Assembly: GCA_035481795.1 (NCBI GenBank)
Contig: DATHRI010000007.1
Location: 73,939-137,938, forward strand
Length of the DNA: 64,000 nucleotides
Direction: 5' to 3'
DNA from: Steroidobacteraceae bacterium
GTDB taxonomy: Bacteria; Pseudomonadota; Gammaproteobacteria; Steroidobacterales; Steroidobacteraceae
Shown piece after piece: positions 40,647 through 51,597 of this stretch. A program made the translations under genes and the position numbers. How positions within the stretch are numbered: the stretch's first letter is position 1; every line of letters begins with the position of its first letter. The notes under the pieces are model-generated. The model saw only the letters and a program-made list of their open reading frames with translations, did no database searches and was not told where the DNA came from.

Positions 40647-41153
40647 ATGACAGAAGAACACACCATCGACCAAGGCGCCGTCACCCGCAAGCTCAAAGTT
40701 CTGGCGCAGAAGATGCCGCTAAGGATTCTCGTCGTTGACGACGATGAACTTGAGCGCGAGCTGATTGCGGACCGGCTCAAGGCACACGACTTCGAAGTCG
40801 CGTGCGCAGCCAATGGCGAAGAAGCGCTCGCCCTTCTCGAAGGGCAGTCCATCCCTGTAATATTGGTCGATTGGGCGATGCCGATCATGAACGGTATCGA
40901 ACTCACGGAGCAGTTGCGAAGCCGGGGCACAGACGATTCTTGCATCATCATGCTCACCTCCCGCGACCGCACACTCGACTACGAGGCAGCCTACCGTGCT
41001 GGCGTCGACGATTATCTAACCAAGAAAGTGCATGACACGGAACTGCTGGCACGCATTCACGCTGGCTTAAACACTTTTGCCCTGCGGCGCTCGCTGAAGG
41101 ACGCCCGCGCTGCACTTGCGGATGCTCTGGCGAGTCAGGCGCACGCAGCTTAG
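40647..41153 (+). CDS. Single-domain response regulator (CheY-like)
   Basis: ILVVDDDELE...VILVDWAMPIMNG...LTKK receiver motifs. AAGGAA upstream of the ATG. Confidence 0.88.
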   Translation: MTEEHTIDQGAVTRKLKVLAQKMPLRILVVDDDELERELIADRLKAHDFEVACAANGEEALALLEGQSIPVILVDWAMPIMNGIELTEQLRSRGTDDSCIIMLTSRDRTLDYEAAYRAGVDDYLTKKVHDTELLARIHAGLNTFALRRSLKDARAALADALASQAHAA

Positions 41154-41449
41154 TCGGACCATGGGTCGGTGCTTTTCCCGACATCGTGAAAGTGTGATGC
41201 GCTGCCAGTACCTATGTGCGCGAACGAACTGACGCTACTGGCAACTGCGCCCACTCTCATTGCAATGCTTTCGAAGCGCTCCGCTGCGCGGCGGCCATAT
41301 TCGCACGCGGGCTTTAAGGAGTCGCTGGCGAAGAGCTGTGGATGTCCGCTGCTTCAACTCGTCCCGCGACAATAAATCATCTAACGCACTCGCTGTAGGA
41401 GCCGATTGGCGATGCACCAGTGCGACTGCCCGGAACTGGCACAGTTGCA

Positions 41450-42442
41450 ATGCAGGAGAGCATGAGTCAAATGGAACCCGACCTCGGCACTACCACGCAG
41501 GTTCTGAAGCTTCCGTTTGCAGTTCCGCCCCGGGTATTGCTTGTCGATGACGACGAGCTCGCATTGGCAGCGCTGCAGAGTCTCGTAACGGCTGCGGGTC
41601 TTGAGGTCGCTACAGCGCTCAGCGGTGCCGCGGCATTGACGTCTCTGCAGGAGACTTTTGCACCAATAGTCATAATGGATCTGAAAATGCCCGACATGGA
41701 TGGTCTCGCGGTATGCCGCACCATCCGCCAGCGAACATGGCCAGGCTATGTCTATATCGTACTTCTGACAATACAAGACGCTGAAGACGACGTTCTTGCG
41801 GGTCTTGATGCCGGGGCCGACGACTATATGAGCAAGCGGATGTCATCCGCGCACCTGTTGGCACGGCTGCGCATCGCGCAACGCATTTTAGCACTGGAAC
41901 AGTCACTCAAAGACGCCTTGGCGGAAAAGCGCCGTCTGACAATGACCGACCCATTGACCGGTGCGCCGAATCGGCGCTACTTCAAGCGACGTCTGAGCCG
42001 GGAGCTCGAACGCATGCGCCGCTTTGGAGGCGAGCTATGTCTGATGTCCCTCGACATCGACCGTTTCAAACAGATCAATGATCGCTACGGACATTCTTCA
42101 GGCGACGCGGTGTTGCAGGAGTTCGTGCGGCGCATGGGCCAGTGTTTGCCGCGCAACACCGACTGGTGCGCGCGGATGGGCGGGGAGGAATTTGTGGTGG
42201 TCCTTGAAGGGACTAATCTCGTAGGTGCAAAGAAGGTAGCCGAACGGCTTCTCGAAGCCATGGCGGCCCCACCGATGCGAACGCAAGCGGGCATGATCGA
42301 TGTGACGGTCAGCATTGGAGTGAGTGGGCTGGAGGCCGCCGCAGATCACAAGGAATTAAGCGTCGAGTCGCTCATGCGTGTCGCAGACGGACGTCTTTAC
42401 CAGAGCAAAGAGAACGGTCGGAACCGCGTTACCTTGTCCTAA
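41450..42442 (+). CDS. Response regulator - diguanylate cyclase (REC-GGDEF)
   Basis: Receiver (VLLVDDDELA..IMDLKMPDMDG) plus GGDEF with an intact GGEEF active site and an RNTD I-site 5 aa upstream. Start ambiguous (41420, 41450 or 41462). Confidence 0.88.
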   Translation: MQESMSQMEPDLGTTTQVLKLPFAVPPRVLLVDDDELALAALQSLVTAAGLEVATALSGAAALTSLQETFAPIVIMDLKMPDMDGLAVCRTIRQRTWPGYVYIVLLTIQDAEDDVLAGLDAGADDYMSKRMSSAHLLARLRIAQRILALEQSLKDALAEKRRLTMTDPLTGAPNRRYFKRRLSRELERMRRFGGELCLMSLDIDRFKQINDRYGHSSGDAVLQEFVRRMGQCLPRNTDWCARMGGEEFVVVLEGTNLVGAKKVAERLLEAMAAPPMRTQAGMIDVTVSIGVSGLEAAADHKELSVESLMRVADGRLYQSKENGRNRVTLS

Positions 42443-42493
42443 CTGAGCACAAAAACGCGACCGGCCGGAAATGGAAAATGAAAGGAGGCGCAG

Positions 42494-43255
42494 ATGAACG
42501 CGACGGAATTGCGAACAGTACTGTATATCGACGACGAGCCGCATATTCGAGAGATCGTGCAAATTGCGCTCGGCCTCTCAAATGAACTCAAGGTCCACAC
42601 CGGCGAATCGGGCGCTCAGGCGCTCGAGCTTGCCCGCGAGCTGCAACCGGATGTACTGCTGCTTGACGTGATGATGCCAGGCCTCGATGGACCCGCAACC
42701 CTGAGCAGGATGCGTGCTGATCCCGCGATTGCTCACATACCGGTCATCTTCGTAACCGCCAAAGCCATGCCGCGCGAAGTTGCGCTGTTTCGCAAAATGG
42801 GTGCCATCGGCATCATCGCCAAGCCTTTTGATCCGATGCAGCTCACCAAACAGCTGCGTTCCCTGTGGGAAGGACATACCGCCAAAGCGCCGCCTCTCGA
42901 TGAGCGCATGGATAAACGAATCCTACAGCGCGAGGTGACGCAGCTTGGGAGAAGATTTTTGGAGCGCACGAGAGGTGAGGCGATCACACTGCATTCGCTG
43001 GTGGAGCACGCCCATAACGGCGATCCACTCGTCATCGATCAAATCGAGCACCTGGCGCATAAAATTCGCGGCAGTGGATCAATGTTCGGGTACGCGGCAG
43101 TGAGCGCTTGCGCCGGCGATCTCGAGTGCCTTGTCGAGGGAGTGAGATTGCGTCAGGAGTCAGCCGGCGCCGCCATCGAACCGCAAGTCCTGCAAGATTT
43201 AATCGTCTGCACCCAGCGGCTCTCGCAAGCAGTCGAAGCGGCGGAATCGACTTAG
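42494..43255 (+). CDS. Response regulator receiver - HPt fusion protein
   Basis: Receiver (VLYIDDEPHI..VLLLDVMMPGLDG) followed by HPt motif HLAHKIRGSGSMFG. Strong RBS AAAGGAGG. Confidence 0.85.
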   Translation: MNATELRTVLYIDDEPHIREIVQIALGLSNELKVHTGESGAQALELARELQPDVLLLDVMMPGLDGPATLSRMRADPAIAHIPVIFVTAKAMPREVALFRKMGAIGIIAKPFDPMQLTKQLRSLWEGHTAKAPPLDERMDKRILQREVTQLGRRFLERTRGEAITLHSLVEHAHNGDPLVIDQIEHLAHKIRGSGSMFGYAAVSACAGDLECLVEGVRLRQESAGAAIEPQVLQDLIVCTQRLSQAVEAAEST

Positions 43256-43258
43256 GGT

Positions 43259-44830
43259 TCAAACATCCGGCCGCTCCACAAGTGAGAGAATTGTATGCAC
43301 GATGTGCGCCTCTGATACGCGCGATTTGACGAGCGTAGCGGCGACTCGCTGCTGCACATCACGTGCGACTTCAGAGGCAGAGAGAATTACAACCGGCAGC
43401 GGCTGGGAGACGAGGCTCGGCAGCCTCTCGAGCAAGCTGAGGCCCGTGCCGTCCGGCAAGCCCATATCGAGCACCAGCAACGAGAAGTTCTCCTCGCGCA
43501 GCAGCGCTTCCGCTGCTCGCAGTGTGCAGGCAAGCACGACTTCGGCGTTGCCGGCCAGCGCCATCTCGAGCACATGGCTCAGATCCTCGTCGTCTTCCAC
43601 GTGCAATATGCGGGGAGTGGCCGTGCGCTCCTGCAACGCTTCGGCTTTGTCCGTAAAAATCGGTGCCCGAAAGGTCTGCGTATCCGACTGCGTGACGGCT
43701 GGCGCCAGTTGCAGCGTTTGACCCGCTTGCGGCAATTCGAAATAGAAAGTCGTGCCTTGACCTGTGATGCTGGTAAATCCGATCGTGCCGCCCATCGCCT
43801 CCAATAGCTGTCGCGTGATGCTTAATCCCAGACCCGTGCCCTCAAAGTGACGGGACGTGGAAGAGTCGGCCTGCGCGAATTTCTCGAATACATGCTGCCG
43901 AAATTCCTCAGGAATGCCTGTGCCGCGATCCTCGATTTCGATCCGCACGTGAGTGCCGCGTGCAATCGTGCGCACTTGGACGGTGCTACCTGCGGGGGAG
44001 AACTTGGCGGCGTTCGACAACAGATTCGCCATCACCTGCATCAAGCGGTCCGGATCGGCCGCCACTTCCATACTTGCTGGCGTGTCTTCGAGCACAAATT
44101 GCACCTGGTACTTCACGCCATAGGCCTGGTTGACTGCTAACGCTTGTTGCAAAAACGCCATCACGCGCACGCTTTCGGTCCGCATCTCCAAGCCGCCGGA
44201 CTTGATCTTCTCGACGTCGAGAATGTCATTAATGATGCGCACCAGCCGCTCGCTGTTCTGATGCGCAATCTTCACCATCGTCGCTGCCTTCTCCGGCAAC
44301 ATTCCAAGAACGCCCGCGTCGATAAGCCCTAAGGCGCCGCGAATCGAGGTTAGTGGCGTTCGCAGCTCGTGACTCACCGTGGAGATGAAGTCGTCCCGAA
44401 GCTGCAGCTGCAATTTTCGGACCTGGTCCGTCTCGACTTCCATGCGCTTTCGCTCGATGGCATACCGCAGAGATCGAAGAAGCGCCTGGGCCTGGATTTG
44501 GCCCTTAATGAGGTAGTCTTGTGCGCCCTCATGCAACGCCTCTGTAGCGACTGCTTCATCGTCGAGACCCGTGAGTACAACCAGTGGAATGCGCGGCGCG
44601 ACCGCGTGCATCTCGCGCACCGCCGCTATTCCCATCGCGTCAGGCAATCCGAGATCGAGCAGCACAATGTTTGCGACCTTCGTCGACAGATGGGTGAGTG
44701 CGTCCTTCATACATCCGTGATGCGTTAACTCCAGCTTGACCGAGCTTGACTCCCTGAGCATTTCCTGCAACAACCGGGCATCTCCCGGATTGTCCTCGAT
44801 CAAGAGCACTTGAATTGGCTGGGCGCTCAT
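43259..44830 (-). CDS. Hybrid sensor histidine kinase (REC - HisKA - HATPase - REC)
   Basis: N-terminal receiver ([18 protein letters not shown]), H-box [14 protein letters not shown] boxes, C-terminal receiver ([21 protein letters not shown]). Confidence 0.9.
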   Translation of the reverse strand: MSAQPIQVLLIEDNPGDARLLQEMLRESSSVKLELTHHGCMKDALTHLSTKVANIVLLDLGLPDAMGIAAVREMHAVAPRIPLVVLTGLDDEAVATEALHEGAQDYLIKGQIQAQALLRSLRYAIERKRMEVETDQVRKLQLQLRDDFISTVSHELRTPLTSIRGALGLIDAGVLGMLPEKAATMVKIAHQNSERLVRIINDILDVEKIKSGGLEMRTESVRVMAFLQQALAVNQAYGVKYQVQFVLEDTPASMEVAADPDRLMQVMANLLSNAAKFSPAGSTVQVRTIARGTHVRIEIEDRGTGIPEEFRQHVFEKFAQADSSTSRHFEGTGLGLSITRQLLEAMGGTIGFTSITGQGTTFYFELPQAGQTLQLAPAVTQSDTQTFRAPIFTDKAEALQERTATPRILHVEDDEDLSHVLEMALAGNAEVVLACTLRAAEALLREENFSLLVLDMGLPDGTGLSLLERLPSLVSQPLPVVILSASEVARDVQQRVAATLVKSRVSEAHIVHTILSLVERPDV

Positions 44831-45285
44831 TTGGCCGTGGTTCGTGGCAACTTGACCTTCGTCAGCCAGAAGTCGTTAATGCTCTTGACGAGGTCCTCAA
44901 ACGCTTCCAAGAGCACGGGTTTCGTCAGGTAGCAGTTTGCATGGAGTTGATAGCTCCTTACGATGTCCGCTTCCGCACTGGAGGTAGTCAGAATGACCGT
45001 CGGGATCAATTTAAGGCTGGCATCCTTCTTGATGTGAGCGAGAAGCTCGCGGCCATCCATTTTCGGGAGGTTCAGATCGAGCAGGATCAGATCCGGACGC
45101 GGAGCAGCGGCGTGGGCGCCGGCACGCCTTAGAAAGGCCAAGGCCTCTACGCCGTCACTCGCTACATGCAATTTGATAGTAGTGTCGGCTTCGCGGAAAG
45201 CTTCCTGCGTCAGCCGGATATCGCCGGGATTGTCCTCGACCAAGAGGACTTCGATAGGCTTACCGCCTTCGCCAATGATTTTCAA
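44827..45285 (-). CDS. Single-domain response regulator (Rcp1-like)
   Basis: [15 protein letters not shown]...[13 protein letters not shown]. 4-nt overlaps with both flanking kinase genes. Confidence 0.9.
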   Translation of the reverse strand: MKIIGEGGKPIEVLLVEDNPGDIRLTQEAFREADTTIKLHVASDGVEALAFLRRAGAHAAAPRPDLILLDLNLPKMDGRELLAHIKKDASLKLIPTVILTTSSAEADIVRSYQLHANCYLTKPVLLEAFEDLVKSINDFWLTKVKLPRTTAK

Positions 45286-47771
45286 GATGTGATTTCCCCT
45301 GCTGCCAATGCAAATCGGAAGGTAGAACCCTGTCCGAGTTGCGACTCAACCGAGATTCGGCCGCCGTGTCGTTCGACAATCCTCTTGCAGATAGCCAATC
45401 CTATGCCGGTACCGGCGAACTCTCCCCGCTTGTGCAGCCGCTGAAACATGCCAAAGATACGTTCGAAGTATTGCGGCTCGATTCCGAGCCCATTGTCCTG
45501 AACGGAAAATGTCCATTTTTTCCCACCATTGCGAGCGGCGGCAATCTGCACCCGCGGAGTTCCCGGACTCTGATACTTGATAGCGTTGCCTATCAGGTTC
45601 TGAAATAGTTGAATCAGCTGAATCTTGTCCGCCATGACGCTCGGCAGGGGATCGTGCGTTACGACAGCGCCGCTATCCTTAATGACGTCGCGCAGGTTCT
45701 GCAGTGCCTGCCCCAATGCGTCTTCACTGGAGATATCGCGCAGGTTTCCCGCTTTTGACCCCACTCGCGAGTAGGCGAGCACGTCCTGGATCAATCGCTG
45801 CATGCGGCTGACCCCGTCCACGGCGTACGCGATGAACTCATCGGCGTCGGAGTCGAGCCTTCCCTTATAGCGTCTCGCAAGCAGCTGCGTGTAGCTCGCG
45901 ACCATGCGTAAGGGCTCCTGCAAGTCATGCGAGGCAATGTTGGCAAATTGCTCAAGATCTTCATTCGAGCGATTGAGGTAGAAAACATCAGCTTCGGCTT
46001 TCTTGCGCACGCTGATGTCGCGGATTGCGGCGGTCACCAGCATGCCTTCGGCGCTTTCCAGCGGGCTCAACATGAGCTCGAGTGGAAACTCGCTGCCATC
46101 CTTGCGCCGCCCGGAAAGCTCAATGCCAGTGCCGATCTGCTGCGCCAGCGCCTCGGCGGCACTTCGGGCATCATCAGCGATCAGCCGTTCCGCGAATCCC
46201 TTGGGAATGATGTTCTTCACCTGCTGGCCCAAGAGCTCATCGCGGCGGTATCCAAATTGCTTTTCCGCCTGCACATTCAGCAGCACGATGTCGCCTGCCT
46301 GGTTCACGACCACCATCGCATCCGGAGCGGCTTCCAGGAGCCCCCGGTAGCGGCTCTCCATCTGCACCATATGCTTCTCGGCTGTCTTGCGCACGCTGAT
46401 GTCGCGGATTGCGGCGGTCACCAGGATGCCTTCGGCGCTTTCCAGCGGGCTCAACATGAGCTCGAGTGGAAACTCGCTGCCATCCTTGCGCCGCCCGGAA
46501 AGCTCAATGCCAGTGCCGATCTGCTGCGCCAGCGCATCTTCGGCGGATCGCAGGCCGTCTGCCACGAGACGCTCGGCAAATCCTTTGGGAATGATGTTCT
46601 TCACCTGCTGGCCCAAGAGCTCATCGCGGCGGTATCCAAATTGCTTCTCTGCCTGCACATTCAACAGCACGATGTCGCCTGCCTGATTCACGACCACCAT
46701 CGCATCCGGAGCGGCTTCCATGAGCCCTCGATACTTCGCCTCTGACTCCTTCCTCTCGCTCAGATCGCGTGTGACCTCAGAAAATCCCCGCAGCATTCCG
46801 GCTGCGTCGCGCAGTGCCGTGAAGGTGACGCGCGCCAGAAATTCTGAGCCGTCTTTGCGCACGCGCAGGCTCTGTTCTTCGTGCCGACCGCTCTCGACCG
46901 TAATCCGGAGGACCTCAGCCGGCCTACCCCGCGCAATGTCTTCTGGTGGAAAAAAGCGGGAGAAGTTCTGACCGACGATCTCTTCGGCGCGGTAACCCTT
47001 GATGCGTTCAGCGCCGACACTCCATGTCATGACCTGTCCGTGCGGATCTAGCATGAGGATCGCGTAGTCCTGTACTTCGGACACGAGCATCCGATATTTC
47101 TCTTCGCTTTCCCGCAGTGCCTTCGCTGCGAGTGCTCGTGTCAAGTTGTCGCGAAGAATGCTCCAGCCTGCGGCAGCCGTAATCAACAAGCCGAGGATCG
47201 TCCCGAGAAGCAACACCGTCTTGGTCTCGCCGAATTTGTATTTGGCGTCTGCATCGCGTTGCACCAGCAATCCGAGCTCCTCGTCCTCCAGCTTGCGCGC
47301 CTCCGCCTGAAAGGCATCCGAGACCAGCTCGCCGCGCCCCGTTTGAGCCATTGTTGCTGCTTCCACGCCCTGGGTACGGCGCAGGCCAATAACCATTTCA
47401 GCCAATTGGATCCGTTGGGCAATCAGTGCTTCGAGGCCTTGAAGCGCGCGCTGTTGTTTGGGGTTATCCTCCGTCAGGCGCCGAACTGTTCGCACGGACA
47501 GTGTTGCGCGTGCGAGACTTGCGCGGTAGGACTCGACGTAAGATTCATCGCCAGTCAGTACATATCCGCGGCTACTCGACTCAACGCCCTTGAAAGCGAG
47601 CCGCACCTTCTGCAGGTTCTCCAGAACCTCGTGGGTGTGTTGCACCCATCGGGTGCTATCACTGAATACGCCTATGCTGTAATAGGAGAACGCTCCTACA
47701 ACGAGTAAGGCGACAATGGCAGCCCCGAAGGCGAGCTGCACCTTGCGATTTAGCACGGTGTAGATCTTCAC
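45282..47771 (-). CDS. CHASE3 - PAS x3 - histidine kinase
   Basis: N-terminal TM - CHASE3-like periplasmic region - second TM. Three PAS domains, two nearly identical. H-box [12 protein letters not shown] and an HATPase domain. Confidence 0.9.
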   Translation of the reverse strand: MKIYTVLNRKVQLAFGAAIVALLVVGAFSYYSIGVFSDSTRWVQHTHEVLENLQKVRLAFKGVESSSRGYVLTGDESYVESYRASLARATLSVRTVRRLTEDNPKQQRALQGLEALIAQRIQLAEMVIGLRRTQGVEAATMAQTGRGELVSDAFQAEARKLEDEELGLLVQRDADAKYKFGETKTVLLLGTILGLLITAAAGWSILRDNLTRALAAKALRESEEKYRMLVSEVQDYAILMLDPHGQVMTWSVGAERIKGYRAEEIVGQNFSRFFPPEDIARGRPAEVLRITVESGRHEEQSLRVRKDGSEFLARVTFTALRDAAGMLRGFSEVTRDLSERKESEAKYRGLMEAAPDAMVVVNQAGDIVLLNVQAEKQFGYRRDELLGQQVKNIIPKGFAERLVADGLRSAEDALAQQIGTGIELSGRRKDGSEFPLELMLSPLESAEGILVTAAIRDISVRKTAEKHMVQMESRYRGLLEAAPDAMVVVNQAGDIVLLNVQAEKQFGYRRDELLGQQVKNIIPKGFAERLIADDARSAAEALAQQIGTGIELSGRRKDGSEFPLELMLSPLESAEGMLVTAAIRDISVRKKAEADVFYLNRSNEDLEQFANIASHDLQEPLRMVASYTQLLARRYKGRLDSDADEFIAYAVDGVSRMQRLIQDVLAYSRVGSKAGNLRDISSEDALGQALQNLRDVIKDSGAVVTHDPLPSVMADKIQLIQLFQNLIGNAIKYQSPGTPRVQIAAARNGGKKWTFSVQDNGLGIEPQYFERIFGMFQRLHKRGEFAGTGIGLAICKRIVERHGGRISVESQLGQGSTFRFALAAGEITS
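46012..46779. repeat. 384-bp tandem duplication inside the kinase gene (two PAS modules)
   Basis: 46012-46160 vs 46396-46544 differ at 1 position. 46199-46345 vs 46583-46729 differ at about 6 positions. A ~50-nt patch between these blocks is strongly diverged. Confidence 0.9.
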
Positions 47772-48189
47772 TGCGCACCACTCCAGCGGGCGCGGATCGA
47801 AAAGTGTCCGCGCTGAGCCGTTCCTTGAGGATCTTCGGAAGGACGTTAGTCACCACGCGATCAGAAAACCGGATCCGTCAGGGGATCGACAGGTTATCTC
47901 GGATACTGCCAGCATCTACTAGTTTGAAGCCGCGGTATGTCCGGTGGGTCACAGCCTGAAAACTAAGGCAACAGATCCGATCAAAAAATGCACCACGTGC
48001 CAGAGTGTGCTGCCGTCTTACGTCCACGTGCGGTGCCCGCAGCGATCGAGCGCGTCTTCTAAATCATGATGGCCGGCGACGCTCAGTATGTGACCCAAGT
48101 CCCAATTGACGAATGAGTTAGGTTCGCTACGTTAGCTACCGCACCGTGCGGCGCACGCTAATCTTGCTACTACAGTCGCCGAGGTTTGA

Positions 48190-50385
48190 ATGCATGGCGA
48201 CATGATGTCTCAACAAATCATACTCCTGATCCAGGAAGATTCCGCGGATGCCACGGCTGTGCAGGAGGCGCTGAGTAACTCAATCGATGGATTCTTCAAA
48301 GTCGAATGGATCAGAGGGTGTATCGAGGGTCTGCAACGACTGGCAGCGGAAGGAAACCAAAGGGGAGATCGAATAGCAGCAATTTTGGTCGACCTCTTTC
48401 TGACAGACAGTCACGGGATCGAGACATTCGATAAGCTCTTTCACGCCGCGCCGCAGATACCGATCCTCGTCCTCACAAGCTCGCAGGATGAGGATATTGC
48501 CAAACTGGCAGTCCAGCGTGGCGCGCAGGATTATCTCCTAAAGGCGCGCCTCGACAGTTACCTCTTGCCGAAGGCCTTAAACAGCATGATTGGGCGGGCG
48601 GCCAACGCCGAGGCGTTGTTCGAAGAAAAGGAACGCGCCCAAGTAACACTCGACTCTATCGGCGACGCGGTCATGAGCACTGACATTTGGGGCCAGGTTA
48701 CCTACCTCAATGTGGTGGCGGAAAGTCTGACCGGCTGGTCGCGCGAGGATGCGGCAGGCCACGCTTTTGAGGAAGTGTTCCGCATTATCGATGCCGGAAC
48801 CCGCGAGCCCTTGCAGAACCCTATGACGTTTGCGATTCAGGAAAACCGGACCGTAGGCTTGACGCCGAATTGCATCCTGATCCGACGGGACGGCCATGAA
48901 GCCGCAGTCGAAGATTCAGCGGCACCCATTCACGATCGTCGCGGACGTGTAACCGGCGCTGTGATGGTTTTTCATGATGTGAGCGCTGCGCGGTCGCTGT
49001 CGCTTAGGATGTCTTATCTCGCCCAGCACGACAGTCTCACCGATTTACCCAATAGAACGCTATTGAATGACCGCCTGGCGCAGGTAATTGCTCTAGCCTA
49101 CCGTAACCAGCACAAGTTCGCGCTGCTGTTTCTGGATGTGGACCGTTTCAAACATATCAACGACTCTCTAGGCCACGCCGTCGGCGACCGCCTGCTGCAG
49201 TCGGTGGCGCAGCGTCTAGTAGCGTGCGTTCGTAGCTCAGACACCGTGAGCCGTCAAGGGGGCGATGAATTCGTCGTCCTGCTATCGGAGATGAAGCACG
49301 CAAAGGATGCCGCCATCATCGCGGATAAGATTCTGTTGGCACTCGCTACACCTCACAACATCGATGAGCATGAGCTGCACGTTACTGTGAGCATCGGCAT
49401 CGTTACGTACCCTGCTGATGCGACCGAGGCGGAGACGTTGATGAAGAACGCGGACTTTGCGATGTACCACGCCAAGGAAGCCGGGCGCAATAACTATCAA
49501 TTCTTCAAGCCAGACATGAACCTTCGTGCAGTCGAGCGACAATCCCTCGAGACCGGGCTGCGCCATGCTTTAGAGCGAGAGGAGTTTGTGTTGCATTATC
49601 AGCCCAAAATAGATTTGCAGAACGGATCCATAATCGGAGTCGAGGCGCTCATCCGCTGGCGCCATCCCCAGCGCGGTCTCGTGTCCCCAGCGCAGTTCGT
49701 ACCCGTAGCGGAAGAATGTGGCTTCATAGTACCCATCGGCCGGTGGGTATTGCGCGAAGCCTGCCGGCAAGCCCGGATGTGGCAGGACTGGGGTCTGCCC
49801 GCGCTACGCATCGCAATTAATATCTCTCCGGTCGAATTACGCGCCAAGGATTTCGTCGCCGGAGTGCGCGGTATTCTGGCGAAGACCGGGCTTGAAGCGC
49901 GCTATCTGGAACTCGAACTTACCGAAACTTTTCTAATGCAGGACTCGAGATCAACCGTTGCTGTCCTCAAAGACCTCAAAGACATCGGCGTGCATCTCGC
50001 CCTCGACGACTTTGGTACTGGCTACTCAAGCTTGAGCTACGTGAAACGTTTTCCAATCGACACCCTGAAAATCGATCAGTCATTTGTCCGCGATATTGCT
50101 ACCGATGCGGACGACGCGAGTATCGTCAGCGCTGTGATTAGCATGGGAAAGAGCCTCCATATGCGCGTTGTTGCAGAGGGAATCGAAACACAAGGGCAGC
50201 TCGAATTTCTACAAAAGCACAGCTGCCCGTTTGGGCAGGGCTACTTGTTCAGTCCACCACTGGGAGCTTGGGAATTCGCCCAATTACTGGGACACAGCAA
50301 AAGAACCGTAGCCGAGACCACTGTTGCGCAATTAAGCAGTCTCGGTGAAGAACGGCCGTCTTGGCGCGTCGGCCAAAAGGCGTGA
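48190..50385 (+). CDS. REC - PAS - GGDEF - EAL protein (paralog 1)
   Basis: Receiver-like N-terminus. PAS, then GGDEF with an intact GGDEF site and an RSSD I-site. EAL domain (EALIRW, DDFGTGYSSL). ATG 48190 has a GAGG RBS. Paralog alignment favours ATG 48205 (MSQQIILL). Confidence 0.9.
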   Translation: MHGDMMSQQIILLIQEDSADATAVQEALSNSIDGFFKVEWIRGCIEGLQRLAAEGNQRGDRIAAILVDLFLTDSHGIETFDKLFHAAPQIPILVLTSSQDEDIAKLAVQRGAQDYLLKARLDSYLLPKALNSMIGRAANAEALFEEKERAQVTLDSIGDAVMSTDIWGQVTYLNVVAESLTGWSREDAAGHAFEEVFRIIDAGTREPLQNPMTFAIQENRTVGLTPNCILIRRDGHEAAVEDSAAPIHDRRGRVTGAVMVFHDVSAARSLSLRMSYLAQHDSLTDLPNRTLLNDRLAQVIALAYRNQHKFALLFLDVDRFKHINDSLGHAVGDRLLQSVAQRLVACVRSSDTVSRQGGDEFVVLLSEMKHAKDAAIIADKILLALATPHNIDEHELHVTVSIGIVTYPADATEAETLMKNADFAMYHAKEAGRNNYQFFKPDMNLRAVERQSLETGLRHALEREEFVLHYQPKIDLQNGSIIGVEALIRWRHPQRGLVSPAQFVPVAEECGFIVPIGRWVLREACRQARMWQDWGLPALRIAINISPVELRAKDFVAGVRGILAKTGLEARYLELELTETFLMQDSRSTVAVLKDLKDIGVHLALDDFGTGYSSLSYVKRFPIDTLKIDQSFVRDIATDADDASIVSAVISMGKSLHMRVVAEGIETQGQLEFLQKHSCPFGQGYLFSPPLGAWEFAQLLGHSKRTVAETTVAQLSSLGEERPSWRVGQKA

Positions 50386-50722
50386 TGCCCAATCCAATGC
50401 ATCAGTTTCGGGACGCCCCCCCGCCGCACACAACCGACAAGAGCGATCGCCGGTACCCAAGGGTAAATCCATCAAGAATTCCTGATGGGTAACTAATAAC
50501 ATGGCTCCCCCCTGCTCCTACGGCATTAGATGCACCAGAATGAGGAATGCAGATCACTGAATAACGGAGAGCGGAAGTCACCGAATTCTCGCTGCCGCCG
50601 CAATACAGGTCTCCTGTATGAGGCGCTAATCCGCGAACGAGCGCGCACTCATTGGAATCGTGCCAAACCGGCCCGTTGGTGTGTTGCCGCACGCCGGTGC
50701 GCGCTCAAGTCACTGTACCGGA

Positions 50723-51442
50723 TCAGTGAGTCGTGCGTAGAGGCAGGAGGCGGTCGGTTTCCCTCTTCACCGCGCTGTAGCACTCGCAGGAAAGTTGCTC
50801 CAGTCGCGGCCGGTCGAGCACCGTAATCATCCCACGACTGTACGTAATCACGCCAAGCCTCTGGAGTTTGCCGGCGGCGTCGGTAACTCCCTCGCGGCGC
50901 ACGCCGAGCATGTCGGCGATGAGCTCCTGAGTCATCATTAATTTGTTGCTCGGCAGCCGATCGAGCGACAGGAGCAGCCAGCGGGCCAGTTGCTGGTCGA
51001 CCGTATGATGCCGGTTACAGACCGCCGTTTGAGCCATCTGCGTGATCAGGGCCTGCGTGTAGCGCAGCAGAATATGCATGGTCTCGCCCTGGCGTTCGAA
51101 TTCCTGCTTTAGCCGCCGACCGCTCAGCCGATATGCAGCACCGGCACTTTGCACGATTGCGCGACTCGTCGTCGTCTCTCCACCCATGAAAAGCGAAACC
51201 CCAATTACGCCGTCATTGCCCACCACGCAGATTTCCGCAGACGCACCGTTCTCGAGCACGTACAGAAGCGAAACAATAGAGTCGGTCGGAAAATAGATAT
51301 GACGCAACATGTCGCCGGCCTCGTAGACAACCGCGCCCAGCGGCAGCGTGACGAGCTTCAGATGCGGGAAGAGGCGTTCGCGCTCGGCCGGCGGTAACGC
51401 GTCCAGAATATGATTCTGCTGTGGGAAAACTATCCCTGGCAA
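50723..51442 (-). CDS. Crp/Fnr family transcriptional regulator
   Basis: cNMP-binding beta-roll (IYFPTDSIVSLLY..G..AEICVVGNDGVIG) and C-terminal HTH (TQELIADMLGVRREGVTDAAGKL). TTG start. Confidence 0.85.
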   Translation of the reverse strand: MPGIVFPQQNHILDALPPAERERLFPHLKLVTLPLGAVVYEAGDMLRHIYFPTDSIVSLLYVLENGASAEICVVGNDGVIGVSLFMGGETTTSRAIVQSAGAAYRLSGRRLKQEFERQGETMHILLRYTQALITQMAQTAVCNRHHTVDQQLARWLLLSLDRLPSNKLMMTQELIADMLGVRREGVTDAAGKLQRLGVITYSRGMITVLDRPRLEQLSCECYSAVKRETDRLLPLRTTH

Positions 51443-51563
51443 TGGCTGGCCCTCAATGGCGTACCCTGCTTTTGTAAGACTACACCCTCAGAGGCACTTG
51501 CGCTATGTCCGCTTCCGCGCATAGCGTCCATCGCCAATGCCGCGACAGAGGCTACGCCACATT

Positions 51564-51597
51564 AAAAAAGCCCGTTCGCACCGCAGTGCGAACGGGC
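51564..51597 (-). terminator. Orphan Rho-independent terminator (minus strand)
   Basis: Perfect 12-bp stem gcccgttcgcac / gtgcgaacgggc with loop cgca. On the minus strand it is followed by TTTTTT. No annotated minus-strand CDS ends upstream of it. Confidence 0.75.

Noticed and set aside
47790-47970. Cluster of GGA motifs on the plus strand (GCGGAU, GAGGAU, UCGGAAGGA, CCGGAU, GGGGAU, UCGGAU) upstream of the CHASE3 kinase. Considered as an Rsm/Csr-type sRNA.
   Set aside because: No plus-strand terminator or recognisable promoter. The region is the divergent promoter/5' UTR zone of two genes. The enrichment was judged by eye only, over a short stretch.
47983-48036. A-run followed by the inverted repeat gcaccacgtg ... 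cacgtgcggtgc, which resembles the orphan terminator at 51564 in the paralogous position.
   Set aside because: The stem needs a 2-nt bulge and a 25-nt loop, and CACGTG is self-complementary. Too weak to call a terminator.
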